Assembly (NCBI GenBank): GCA_037446075.1
Contig: JBBIJH010000013.1
Span: 7,784 to 31,783 of the forward strand
Direction of reading: 5' to 3'
DNA: 24,000 nt
DNA from: Ignavibacteriales bacterium
Lineage (GTDB): Bacteria > Bacteroidota > Ignavibacteria > UBA10030 > JAHEZR01
This document shows positions 1 through 8,706 of the stretch, one piece after another (position 1 is the stretch's first letter; every line of letters begins with the position of its first letter). Under the pieces are notes generated by a model, which had not been told where the DNA came from, ran no database searches, and worked only from the letters and a program-made list of their open reading frames with translations. Both the position numbers and the translations under genes were made by a program.

Positions 1-1
1 C

Positions 2-550
2 GACGTGGCCATCCGGTCAATGGCAAAGGCGATCTACTCCGAGAAAAACATTGGGCATTTTGGTCTTGGATTCCGCTACTACACTCACTTCACTTCCCCG
101 ATCCGACGATATCCCGACCTCGTCGTTCATCGGCTCTTGTGTGAATACTCGAGGGGAATGAGCAGCGAACGGAAGGCCGAGCTGGCCAGGCGTCTTCCTG
201 AGATTTGCGAGCAATCTTCTGAAATGGAGCGAAGGGCGATAGAGGCCGAGAGAGAGTCGGTGAAGGTGATGCAGGTCGAGTACATGAAGCGACACCTGGG
301 TGACCAGTTCAAGGCGATAATTTCGGGAGTGACAAACTTCGGGTTGTTTGTCGAGCTAGCAGAACTCCTGGTCGAGGGCCTGGTTCGCGTCAGAGACATG
401 GAGGACGACTACTACGTTTACGACGAGAAATCGTATGCATTAGTCGGACGGCACACTAGGAAACGCTATCGACTTGGCGATGAAGTTTGGGTGCAGGTAG
501 TTCGGGTCGATCCGGAGGAACGGGAAATTGATTTTGTGTTGGTGGAGTGA
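2..550 (+). CDS. rnr: Ribonuclease R, C-terminal fragment (end of RNB domain plus S1 domain). The 5' end lies outside the window.
   Basis: The frame is open from the window edge to TGA at 548-550. The translation carries the RNB signature HFGLGFRYYTHFTSPIRRYPDLVVHR, followed by an S1-like segment (FKAIISGVTNFGLFVEL...GDEVWVQVVRVD). Confidence 0.88.
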   Translation, partial: DVAIRSMAKAIYSEKNIGHFGLGFRYYTHFTSPIRRYPDLVVHRLLCEYSRGMSSERKAELARRLPEICEQSSEMERRAIEAERESVKVMQVEYMKRHLGDQFKAIISGVTNFGLFVELAELLVEGLVRVRDMEDDYYVYDEKSYALVGRHTRKRYRLGDEVWVQVVRVDPEEREIDFVLVE

Positions 551-791
551 GCAGAGTAGGCTCTCCGCCTCGCGATCCTTTCTTTATCGAAGGCGTCATT
601 TCGTAGGTTCCCCCAAGAGACTTTCCTCCAGGCGGGAAACTCTCATTTCACTAAACTTGTTGAACTTTTCGGGGTCTAAGAGTCGGGGGAGAGTTGCCTT
701 TCGTCTTCAGTTTACGTACTTTTAGTCAGAGATGGTTTCCTAACGAGCGTAGACTCGCGGGGCAGGTTTTTTCTACCAGAAAGGGACGATC

Positions 792-3700
792 ATGAAATCC
801 AAGCTCGTGGCGTCGGTAGTCGCGCTTCTCTTGTTCTCTTCCTTTGCTAGTGCCCAGACGGGTGTCTTCGGGAAGAACAAGGTTCAGTACAAGAACTTTG
901 GCTACTTCTACATCCAGTCCGACCATTTCGACGTCTATTTTACCGACGGTGGACAGTACATTGCCGAATTCACCGCGGATGTGGCGGAGTCAGCTCTTGC
1001 TTCCATCCAGAAGAATTTCCGATATCAAATCACCAACCGAATCCCAATCATCGTCTATAATTCCCACAATGACTTTCAACAGACCAATGTTGTGCAGGAA
1101 TACTTAGAGGAAGGGATTGGGGGCGTCACGGAGTTGTTCAAGAACCGGATCGTCGTACCGTTCGAAGGAAGCTATCGTCAGTTCCGACACGTCATCCACC
1201 ACGAGCTTGTGCACGCGGTTCTGAATGACATGTTCTACGGCGGCTCGATTCAATCGATCATTACGAACAACATCCGCTTGCAGTTGCCCCTCTGGTTTAA
1301 CGAAGGTCTGGCGGAGTACGAAGCGCTGAATTGGGATTCCAACTCTGACATGTTCTTGCGGGACGCGACGATTACAGGGAAGCTTCCGCCGATCGATTAT
1401 CTCAGTGGATATTTTGCCTATCGGGGTGGGCAGGCCGTTTGGTCGTATATCGCAAACAAATATGGAGAGCAGAAGATCGGAGAGATCCTCAACCGAATCA
1501 GAGGGACAAAGAGTGTTGAGCAAGGATTCCGGAGTACGATCGGACTCAGCGTGCAGGAGCTTTCTGAACGGTGGCAGAAAGAACAGAAGGTTCTCTATTG
1601 GCCCGACATCGCGAAGCGGGAGGATCCATCGGTATTCGCCAGACGCCTCACCAATCACACGAAAAGCAGCAACTTCTATAACTCAAGCCCGGCGATTTCT
1701 CCCCAGGGTGATCGCATCGCGTTCATTTCTGACCGGGACGATTACTTCGATGTCTTCCTCATGTCCACCTTAGACGGGAAGATACTCGGGAAGGCGGTAA
1801 AAGGTCAGCGGACGAAGGATTTCGAAGAGCTTCACCTCCTCACACCGGGAATTACCTGGTCGCCGGATGGACAGCGGATCGCTCTCTCTGCAAAGAGCGG
1901 TGAGCAGGATGCTATCTTTATAGTCGATGTGGACAAGGGAAACCGGGAGAAATTGGAATTTGGTCTCGATGGGATTTTCTCGGTCGATTGGTCTCCGGTG
2001 GGAGATAAGATTGCCTTTGTCGGTTTGAAAACACCTCAAACAGACATCTACGTGTACGACCTTGTCTCCAAGACACTGAAGAACCTCACCAACGACATCT
2101 TCAGCGACATCGGCCCATATTTTGGCAAAGATATTGGCTGGGCTCCGGATGGAAAGGTCATTTACTTTGTTTCCGACCGAGGCGACTATCTCACTGCAGG
2201 GCCCCCCACGCTGGCGGAAAGGGAGGGCAGGTCCTCGAGCGCACTGTCAAAGAATTTCAAAATGCAGAAGTATGACTTCACGCAGCTCGATATCTATTCG
2301 ATTAATATCGAGACCCAGGAAATAAAGCGGATTACTCACGAGCCGAGAAGTAATGAGACTTCTCCTGTCGTTTCTTCCGATGGAGGTAAGCTCTTGTTCA
2401 TATCAGACCGCAATGGAATTAGCAACATCTATGAGAGGGATCTGACGACGGAGGAGGAGCGGCCAGTGACGAATTCCCTGAACGGGATCTATCAATTGTC
2501 GCTTTCCAAAGACGGAAGCAAGCTCGCTTTCTCTTCAATGACAGAGTCCGGGTTTGACATATTCTTGCTGAAAGCTCCTTTTGATAAAAAGCTTGCCGTA
2601 AACATACTCGAGCCAGCAGAATACATCAAGAGACGCGCGCAACTTGTTTCCACGGAAGGTTCGGAGAGGAAGAAGGAAGAAATCGCTGTGCAGGGTGAGA
2701 AGAGTACTGAAGTCTCGCCGATTCCTGAGCATCAGGACACGACGAAACTGTATGGGGAGGGGGTTCGGATCGATTTCCGCAGCCATGTATTTGCGGAGAA
2801 ATTCACGGACGACACCTCCAGCGCTGTGAAGAGAAAGGATCTTTTTAAGGTGGAGGGAAATCTGGACGAGTATGGAAATTACAAGGTCAATAAATACAAG
2901 CTTTCCTTCTCCCCTGATATCGTCTATGGAAATGCGGGGTACAGTACGTTCTATGGGGTGCAGGGGACAACTCAAATGGCCTTCAGTGATATGCTCGGGA
3001 ATCATCAGATCTACTTCCTCACGAATCTTCTCCTCGACCTCAAGAATAGTGATTACGCTCTTGCATACTATTACTTACCCGCTCGGACAGATTACGGGGT
3101 CGAGATATACCATAGCGCGCGATTTCTCTTCCTGAACGATGTCGATTTCCCCGGCACCAGCTTGTATCGGTTCCGCCAGTATGGAGTTAGTCTCTATGCG
3201 TCTCGTCCGTTTGACAAATTCAATCGGGTGGATTTAGCTCTCGCCTGGTTCAACCTTGCACGAGACAACATGGATGTCCCTTTTATCCCGACACCGCGGC
3301 GAACGGTCGTAATGCCAGCGGTGTCCCTTGTCCATGACAATGTCCTGTGGGGAGCGATTTCTCCTACGAACGGCTCACGCTATGAACTTACTGGCCTCGG
3401 ATCTCTGAAAATTACGGATGAATCGTTGAGTTTCGGCACGATAGCGGGAGACTATCGGACTTACCTCCGGCTTGGGAGAGAATATGTCTTTGCCTTCCGC
3501 GTCGCGGGGGCAGCGAGCTTTGGACGAAATGCCCAGAAGTTTATCATCGGCGGGACGGAGGGATGGATTAACCGCGAGTTCGAGAATGATCAAATCCCAA
3601 TCACAGAGCCGGAGGACTATGCGTTCCTGACGCCCGTTCTTCCCTTGCGAGGCTACAATTACAATGCGAAGCGCGGCTCCAAATACGGACTCCTGAACAT

Positions 3701-4001
3701 GGAGCTGCGTTATCCATTGCTAAAGTATTTCTTGGCAGGGCCATTGCCCCTTGCGTTTCAGAACATCAGTGGGGTCGCGTTCGTCGATATGGGGAGCGCT
3801 TGGACGGACTCGAAGAGTTACCGTGCTTTTACTCGGAACAAGGAGGGTGATGTCGTTACTGAAGACCTCTTGATCGGCACCGGCCTTGGAGCTCGTATCT
3901 ACGTCCTCTCTATGCTTCTTCGGTTCGACGTGGGATGGCAATTCCTTGGGAGTGGATTCAGCCCGCCGAAGTACTACTTCTCACTTGGTCTAGACTTCTG
4001 A
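792..4001 (+). CDS. Secreted outer-membrane multidomain protein. It combines a signal peptide, a gluzincin-like metallopeptidase domain, PD40/TolB-like beta-propeller repeats and an Omp85/surface-antigen-type C-terminal beta-barrel.
   Basis: ATG at 792. The N-terminus MKSKLVASVVALLLFSSFASAQ looks like a signal peptide. HELVH sits at aa 137-141 (nt 1200-1214) and WFNEGLAEY about 30 aa downstream. PD40-type motifs recur (SPQGDRIAFISDR, WSPDGQRIALSA, WSPVGDKIAFVG, WAPDGKVIYFVSDR, SSDGGKLLFISDRNG, SKDGSKLAFSS). The C-terminal ~400 aa has alternating aromatic/aliphatic beta-strand patterning and ends YYFSLGLDF, a terminal Phe typical of an OMP beta-signal. Confidence 0.85.
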   Translation: MKSKLVASVVALLLFSSFASAQTGVFGKNKVQYKNFGYFYIQSDHFDVYFTDGGQYIAEFTADVAESALASIQKNFRYQITNRIPIIVYNSHNDFQQTNVVQEYLEEGIGGVTELFKNRIVVPFEGSYRQFRHVIHHELVHAVLNDMFYGGSIQSIITNNIRLQLPLWFNEGLAEYEALNWDSNSDMFLRDATITGKLPPIDYLSGYFAYRGGQAVWSYIANKYGEQKIGEILNRIRGTKSVEQGFRSTIGLSVQELSERWQKEQKVLYWPDIAKREDPSVFARRLTNHTKSSNFYNSSPAISPQGDRIAFISDRDDYFDVFLMSTLDGKILGKAVKGQRTKDFEELHLLTPGITWSPDGQRIALSAKSGEQDAIFIVDVDKGNREKLEFGLDGIFSVDWSPVGDKIAFVGLKTPQTDIYVYDLVSKTLKNLTNDIFSDIGPYFGKDIGWAPDGKVIYFVSDRGDYLTAGPPTLAEREGRSSSALSKNFKMQKYDFTQLDIYSINIETQEIKRITHEPRSNETSPVVSSDGGKLLFISDRNGISNIYERDLTTEEERPVTNSLNGIYQLSLSKDGSKLAFSSMTESGFDIFLLKAPFDKKLAVNILEPAEYIKRRAQLVSTEGSERKKEEIAVQGEKSTEVSPIPEHQDTTKLYGEGVRIDFRSHVFAEKFTDDTSSAVKRKDLFKVEGNLDEYGNYKVNKYKLSFSPDIVYGNAGYSTFYGVQGTTQMAFSDMLGNHQIYFLTNLLLDLKNSDYALAYYYLPARTDYGVEIYHSARFLFLNDVDFPGTSLYRFRQYGVSLYASRPFDKFNRVDLALAWFNLARDNMDVPFIPTPRRTVVMPAVSLVHDNVLWGAISPTNGSRYELTGLGSLKITDESLSFGTIAGDYRTYLRLGREYVFAFRVAGAASFGRNAQKFIIGGTEGWINREFENDQIPITEPEDYAFLTPVLPLRGYNYNAKRGSKYGLLNMELRYPLLKYFLAGPLPLAFQNISGVAFVDMGSAWTDSKSYRAFTRNKEGDVVTEDLLIGTGLGARIYVLSMLLRFDVGWQFLGSGFSPPKYYFSLGLDF

Positions 4002-4026
4002 GGCCTTTGCGGTAGTAACGTCCAAA

Positions 4027-4055
4027 GGCCGTCCATTGTGACGGCCTTTTGCTTT
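4027..4055 (+). terminator. Rho-independent terminator candidate between convergent genes
   Basis: GGCCGTC (4027-4033), loop cattgt, GACGGCC (4040-4046), then TTTTGCTTT. An alternative 8-bp hairpin GGCCTTTG (4003-4010) / CAAAGGCC (4023-4030) shares GGCC 4027-4030 with it. Confidence 0.55.
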
Positions 4056-5589
4056 AAGAGGAGATCGCTTCAGCAGAAGGCTCACCCAGTACCCCCTCGG
4101 TTCTTGCGATTGCCGTGGCACAGGCAGCATCTCCGGTGATGTTGAGCACCGTTCTGCACATGTCGAGTATCCGGTCAATCCCCAGGATGAGGGCGATTCC
4201 TTCCTCGGGGACGTTCACGGAGCGCAGGACGATGATGAGCATGATGAGACCGACGCCGGGCACAGGAGCGGTGCCGATGGATGCGAGCGTCGCGGTGAGG
4301 ACGACGGTGAGCTGCTCAGCGATCGTCAAGTCGTGCCCATACACCTGGGCGATGAAGGCCGTCGCCACTCCCTGATACATCGCCGTTCCGTCCATGTTGA
4401 TCGTTGCGCCAAGTGGGAGGACAAAGCTCGTGATTTGCTTGGGGATGCCCAGATTCTTCTCGCAGCATTCCATGTTGACGGGGAGCGTTGCTGCACTGGA
4501 GCTGGAACTGAAGGCAATGAGCATGGCCTCTCGTAGCCCGCGAAAGAATTTCAAGGGATTCATCCTGCCAAGGAACTTCACGATGCTGGAGTACACTATC
4601 AGCAGATGGAGAACAAAGCCGATGATCAGGGTCACGGCATACCAGAGTAAAGTCTGTAGAATATCAAACCCGAATTCTCCAACGGTGGCGGAGATCAAGG
4701 CAAAGACGCCAAACGGCGCGATCTTCATCACAAGGTGGACCATCTGGATCATCGTATCGCTGAAACCATCGAAGAAGGAAACGACGGGGTCTGACTTTTC
4801 CTTTCGCACGAGCGTGAGAGTCAAGCCGACCATGACGGCAAAGAAAACAATCGGCAGCATGTCTCCGCTGGCTAGTGCATTGATGGGGTTCTGCGGTACG
4901 ATGTTGATGATCGTATCAATCATGCTGATAGCAGTCTTTTGCTGAATCTTTGCGCGGATGTCCGGCTGAAACTCCGTCATGAGCTTCTCGCTGGACTCGG
5001 CAGAGAGGCGGAATCCAGGCTTGATGATGTTTGCCATTACCAGTCCAATGGTGATCGCGACAGCGGTGGTCACCATGTACAGGGCCAGCGTCTTCCCACC
5101 GATCCGCCCCACTTTTCTGATGTCTCCAAGGCTTGCTGCGCCGACGATCAAAGAGGCAAGAACCAGGGGGATCGCGATGAACATCAGAAGGCGAATGAAG
5201 AGTGTTCCAATAGGCCGGATAACAACGGCGATCGTCTTCACTTTCTCGATCGACTGAACTTCCGTAAATCGAATCTCCGTGCGCCCGTCTCCCCAAGTCA
5301 CCCTCGCTATCAGCGATTGCTTCTCCTTGTTCTCGAGTCCTCTATACCATTGGAGGAGCTTCAACTGGTCTTCCTTTCCAAAACTTGCCACCGGCGCTGC
5401 CTGATCCGATCGGAAAAAGTCAATCCTTTCCCATGTTTCAATAGTAGCAGATTTCTGCTCTGTGGCCTGGCGGTATGTGATGTCCAGTTTGTACTTACTA
5501 ATGTTGAACAGCGCCCCAAAGATGGCCCCAAGAACGAGGGCCAGAAGGATTTTTCGATGAAGGGGCATTTTGCGGATTGGGATGTTCAT
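4054..5589 (-). CDS. Dicarboxylate/amino acid:cation symporter (DAACS, GltP/GltT-like) with an atypical insertion after TM1
   Basis: Family-typical segments are present: IRPIGTLFIRLLMFIAIPLVLASLIVG, SSSSAATLPV, GATINMDGTAMYQG and DRILDMCRTVLNITGDA. The track ORF starts at 5676 but would overlap the upstream gene, whose stop is at 5606. I prefer the in-frame ATG at 5589 (MNIPIRKMPLHRK...), with ATG 5568 as an alternative. Confidence 0.85.
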   Translation of the reverse strand: MNIPIRKMPLHRKILLALVLGAIFGALFNISKYKLDITYRQATEQKSATIETWERIDFFRSDQAAPVASFGKEDQLKLLQWYRGLENKEKQSLIARVTWGDGRTEIRFTEVQSIEKVKTIAVVIRPIGTLFIRLLMFIAIPLVLASLIVGAASLGDIRKVGRIGGKTLALYMVTTAVAITIGLVMANIIKPGFRLSAESSEKLMTEFQPDIRAKIQQKTAISMIDTIINIVPQNPINALASGDMLPIVFFAVMVGLTLTLVRKEKSDPVVSFFDGFSDTMIQMVHLVMKIAPFGVFALISATVGEFGFDILQTLLWYAVTLIIGFVLHLLIVYSSIVKFLGRMNPLKFFRGLREAMLIAFSSSSSAATLPVNMECCEKNLGIPKQITSFVLPLGATINMDGTAMYQGVATAFIAQVYGHDLTIAEQLTVVLTATLASIGTAPVPGVGLIMLIIVLRSVNVPEEGIALILGIDRILDMCRTVLNITGDAACATAIARTEGVLGEPSAEAISS

Positions 5590-5605
5590 TCGGGCCTCAG
5601 AGAAA

Positions 5606-7069
5606 TCAAGTGGATAAGGACTCTCGCTGTTGAGTTTTTCGCTTCCGGTTCCAGTAAATGTATCCGGGGATGCCAATGACCACGTAGATCAGGCCCATGA
5701 CAGAGTTGATCAAAGGAGTCTCACCACGGGAGAAGCTCGTGACGTCGGAATACAGTGTATAGAAAACAAAAACTGTCGCGAAAGCAACAAAGAAAGCGGG
5801 AACGACTGGATACCCCCAGACCCGATAGGGGCGCGGGGTGTCAGCCATCTTCTTCCGAAGAATGAAAACCCCTGCTCCACTCAGTGCGTAGAAGATCCAG
5901 GCTACGAAAATGAGCTGGTCCGTGATCTGGTCAAACGTTCCGCTGAGCGTGAGGATCGATGCCCAGATTCCCTGCAAGAAAAGTGAAGGTCCTGGCGTAC
6001 GATACCGTGGATGGATGTACTCCATCTTGCGGAAGAAGAGTCGCTCCTTCGCCATCGCGTAGTAGACCCGGGCGGTGGCGAGAATCGTGCCGTTTGCCGT
6101 TCCGAATGTCGAGATCATCACCGAAGCCGAGACGAAAGCTCCACCATAGCGACTGAGAAACTTCTCTGCAACATCGGCAGCGACGAGCTGGGACTTCGCC
6201 ATCATATCGATCGGCAGAACGTAGAGGTAAGCGAGATTCGTCAGCACATAGACCGTGATCACGATTGCAGTCCCGACGAAGAGGGCACGGGGGATGATGC
6301 GCTGCGGTTCTTTCACTTCGCCAGCAACGTAGGTGATGTTCACCCATCCGTCATAGGCCCAGAATGCCCCGGACATCGCCACCAACATCGCTCCGAGCCA
6401 ACCGGCGTTTGAGGTGCGCGGGCCGACTGAGATGAAGTGTTCGAAGGAGCCGTGACCAAGCAGAAAACCGAGAAGAATAATGGCGGCAATCGCTGCAACC
6501 TTTAAGAATGTGAAAGTTACCTGCACAAGGCCCCCGAACCGAACGCCGAAGTAATTCACAGTAGTCAGAAACATGATGCATAAGATCGTCACCGTCTTCG
6601 TCCCGAAATGGGCAAGGGGAAAGATGTCCCCGACACCGGGGATGTGAAGATGGATTGCCTCGAGTGCCGGGGAGAGCCGGAAGGGAGGAAAGAAGTATCC
6701 GAAGTACTCCGCGAAGATATACGCAATTGCCGCAATCGATCCGCTCTGGTACACAGAGAATGTTGACCAGCCATATAAGTATCCGACGAAGCGATTGTAA
6801 ATCCGATTGAAGAATACGTACTGCCCTCCCGGTGCTTGGATGATGCCCGCGATCTCTGCCAGCGTCAGAGCGCCGAACATCGTCATCACTCCTGCAATCA
6901 CCCACACAGCGATCAGCAATTCCCCTGATCCGAGCTGAGCTGCCATCACGGCCGGCTTCTTGAAAATACCAGATCCTATGATCGATCCGACCACAAGCAT
7001 GACGGCGGTGGTAAAACCGAGTCGGCGGGCGAATTCAACTCTTCGATCTTGATCTGGGAGGGTCTGCAT
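5606..7069 (-). CDS. APC-family amino acid permease
   Basis: ATG at 7069. The protein is 487 aa with about 12 hydrophobic segments. It carries the APC TM1 motif VGSIIGSGIFKKPA and AFWAYDGWVNITYVAGEVKEPQRIIPRAL (G-x-x-...-E-x-K-x-P-x-R-x-x-P-x-A type). Confidence 0.85.
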   Translation of the reverse strand: MQTLPDQDRRVEFARRLGFTTAVMLVVGSIIGSGIFKKPAVMAAQLGSGELLIAVWVIAGVMTMFGALTLAEIAGIIQAPGGQYVFFNRIYNRFVGYLYGWSTFSVYQSGSIAAIAYIFAEYFGYFFPPFRLSPALEAIHLHIPGVGDIFPLAHFGTKTVTILCIMFLTTVNYFGVRFGGLVQVTFTFLKVAAIAAIILLGFLLGHGSFEHFISVGPRTSNAGWLGAMLVAMSGAFWAYDGWVNITYVAGEVKEPQRIIPRALFVGTAIVITVYVLTNLAYLYVLPIDMMAKSQLVAADVAEKFLSRYGGAFVSASVMISTFGTANGTILATARVYYAMAKERLFFRKMEYIHPRYRTPGPSLFLQGIWASILTLSGTFDQITDQLIFVAWIFYALSGAGVFILRKKMADTPRPYRVWGYPVVPAFFVAFATVFVFYTLYSDVTSFSRGETPLINSVMGLIYVVIGIPGYIYWNRKRKTQQRESLST

Positions 7070-7110
7070 GTTCGTTCGCTACCGAGTTTGGAATCGGTGT
7101 CTCTTGCACC

Positions 7111-8619
7111 TTAGAGTGCGTTGCGGAAGAATAACCACCACACAAGGATAAACACCGGTAAGAGCACCGGAATTGCGTATCTTCCGACATAGCCGAAAAA
7201 AGTCGGGCACTTCGCTCCAAGATGTTCAGAGATGGTTTTCACCATGAAGTTCGGACCGTTTCCGATATACGTGACAGCCCCGAAAAAGACTGCCGCGATG
7301 CTAATTGCCTTGATGTAAACCGGATGATTCGCGAGGAGGTAGGAGACTTGGATGTCTTCAATAGGAACGTGTCCCGACACCACAAGATCGGCATGATACC
7401 GCATGAGAGTCTGAAATGTGTTACGGATCTCCTCGGCATGCGCTCCGGAAGCAAACGCCGTCGATGAACCGTGCGTTCTGATCAAAACCTGAATCTGTGC
7501 GATCATCTCATGATTGACAAAAAGCCCTATGGAAGCGCTCAGGTAATTCAGATACGTCGGAGCGTTATCGAGTAAGGAAGAGAGAACCCCACATCCCCAG
7601 TAGAATTGCCCGGGGGAGCGGATCCCTATTACGCCTGCATTGACTTCCAGCCACTGAAGCGCGGGAATCATCGTGCTGAAGATCCCGGCAAAGAGAATCG
7701 CAACCTCTTTGATTGGGATGAAGTTAAACTCGTTCTTCTCGTGGATCTCCCTGCGCGTCGTGAAGTAGGAAGCCGCGGCTGCAGTGATCATGATCGCCTC
7801 TCGCGCGAGAGGCGGCTTTTGAACGAAAACAGCACCAAGGATCGTCGCCAGAAATATGATGTTATGCGGGCCCGCTAACTCCGCTTCTTCCCCTCTGTGC
7901 TCCGCAATTTCTCGTACTGTCCGCGTCAGGTGAAGGTAAGACCCTCGGTCAATGATGTAGAACATCGTCAGCACGATGGCGAGGGCAAGGGCCCAGATGT
8001 ACCAGACATTCTCCAACACCCAGAAGAATGGAATCCCGCGCAGGTATCCCAGAAAGAGGGGCGGGTCGCCGATGGGCGTCAGAGCGCCTCCCATGTTGCT
8101 CACAATGAAAATAAAGAAGACGATGTGGTGCGTCCGCAGGCGGTATCGGTTCACTCTCAGGTACGGCCGGATGAGGACCATCGAGGCGCCCGTCGTACCG
8201 AGAAGATTCGAAGCAACCCCACCAACCAACAGCAGTAGCACATTGCTGTGCGGCGTCGATCTCCCTCGGATTTTAATATGGATGCCTCCGGCTACGACAA
8301 ACAGAGAGCTGATTAAGACAATGAAACTAAAGTACTCATGAGCGGTGTGAAGAACACGCTCGGTATTCTTCAAAATGAGCAAATAAAAAAAGAGGACAAT
8401 TGCGCCAAGCAGAAAGGATACAAAAGGATATCTCTTCTCCCACCAATGTCTGTTAATGAAGGGGACAATAGCAATGCTCGCAAGGAGCAGGATGAAGGGA
8501 ATTACCATCCAAAGCTCAGCGGGTGCTTCCGACACACCCGCTTCGCTGGCGTACACGGTGGGGGCGCAAGCAAAAAGGGAGAGGAAGGTGAAAATAACTG
8601 TGCTTCTGGGGAGTCGCAT
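7111..8619 (-). CDS. ArsB/NhaD-superfamily permease (putative Na+/H+ antiporter-like ion transporter)
   Basis: Polytopic membrane protein of about 500 aa. The track start at 8622 is TTG and the adjacent ATG at 8619 is more likely. The N-terminus (MRLPRSTVIFTFLSLFACAPTVYA) looks like a signal peptide. Family assignment comes from overall resemblance recalled from annotated homologues, not from a diagnostic motif. Confidence 0.6.
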   Translation of the reverse strand: MRLPRSTVIFTFLSLFACAPTVYASEAGVSEAPAELWMVIPFILLLASIAIVPFINRHWWEKRYPFVSFLLGAIVLFFYLLILKNTERVLHTAHEYFSFIVLISSLFVVAGGIHIKIRGRSTPHSNVLLLLVGGVASNLLGTTGASMVLIRPYLRVNRYRLRTHHIVFFIFIVSNMGGALTPIGDPPLFLGYLRGIPFFWVLENVWYIWALALAIVLTMFYIIDRGSYLHLTRTVREIAEHRGEEAELAGPHNIIFLATILGAVFVQKPPLAREAIMITAAAASYFTTRREIHEKNEFNFIPIKEVAILFAGIFSTMIPALQWLEVNAGVIGIRSPGQFYWGCGVLSSLLDNAPTYLNYLSASIGLFVNHEMIAQIQVLIRTHGSSTAFASGAHAEEIRNTFQTLMRYHADLVVSGHVPIEDIQVSYLLANHPVYIKAISIAAVFFGAVTYIGNGPNFMVKTISEHLGAKCPTFFGYVGRYAIPVLLPVFILVWWLFFRNAL

Positions 8620-8706
8620 CAAGACTTGCCGGAATCTATTTCGGGAGCTGGTCGCCAGTAGCCTCGCCTCAGAGTGTGAGGGCTTGGTTTCCTTTCGAAA
8701 CAGAGG

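Noticed and set aside
541-790. A hairpin GGTGGAG...CTCCGCC overlapping the RNase R stop codon, a CGAG...CTCG stem followed by GGTTTTTT at 744-776, and the possibility of an sRNA in the 240-nt gap.
   Set aside because: The stems are short (4-7 bp, one with a G-U pair) and the T-runs are not adjacent to the stronger stem. I saw no conserved ncRNA core (SRP, 6S, tmRNA, RNase P), which is too weak to call.
5590-5676. The N-terminal 29-aa extension of the DAACS ORF as given in the track (MASPDTFTGTGSEKLNSESPYPLDFSEAR).
   Set aside because: It would overlap the 3' end of the upstream APC permease by 71 nt and adds a non-hydrophobic leader. The in-frame ATG at 5589, 16 nt after the upstream stop, is the more economical start.
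4939-5679. A 246-aa ORF on the + strand, together with other long antisense ORFs (e.g. 4394-4945 +, 1104-1658 -, 6351-6905 -, 5931-6347 -, 7976-8341 +, 9279-9656 -).
   Set aside because: Each lies entirely inside a well-supported gene on the opposite strand. Each translates to an Arg/Ser/Pro/Cys-rich low-complexity sequence without motifs. These are typical shadow ORFs.
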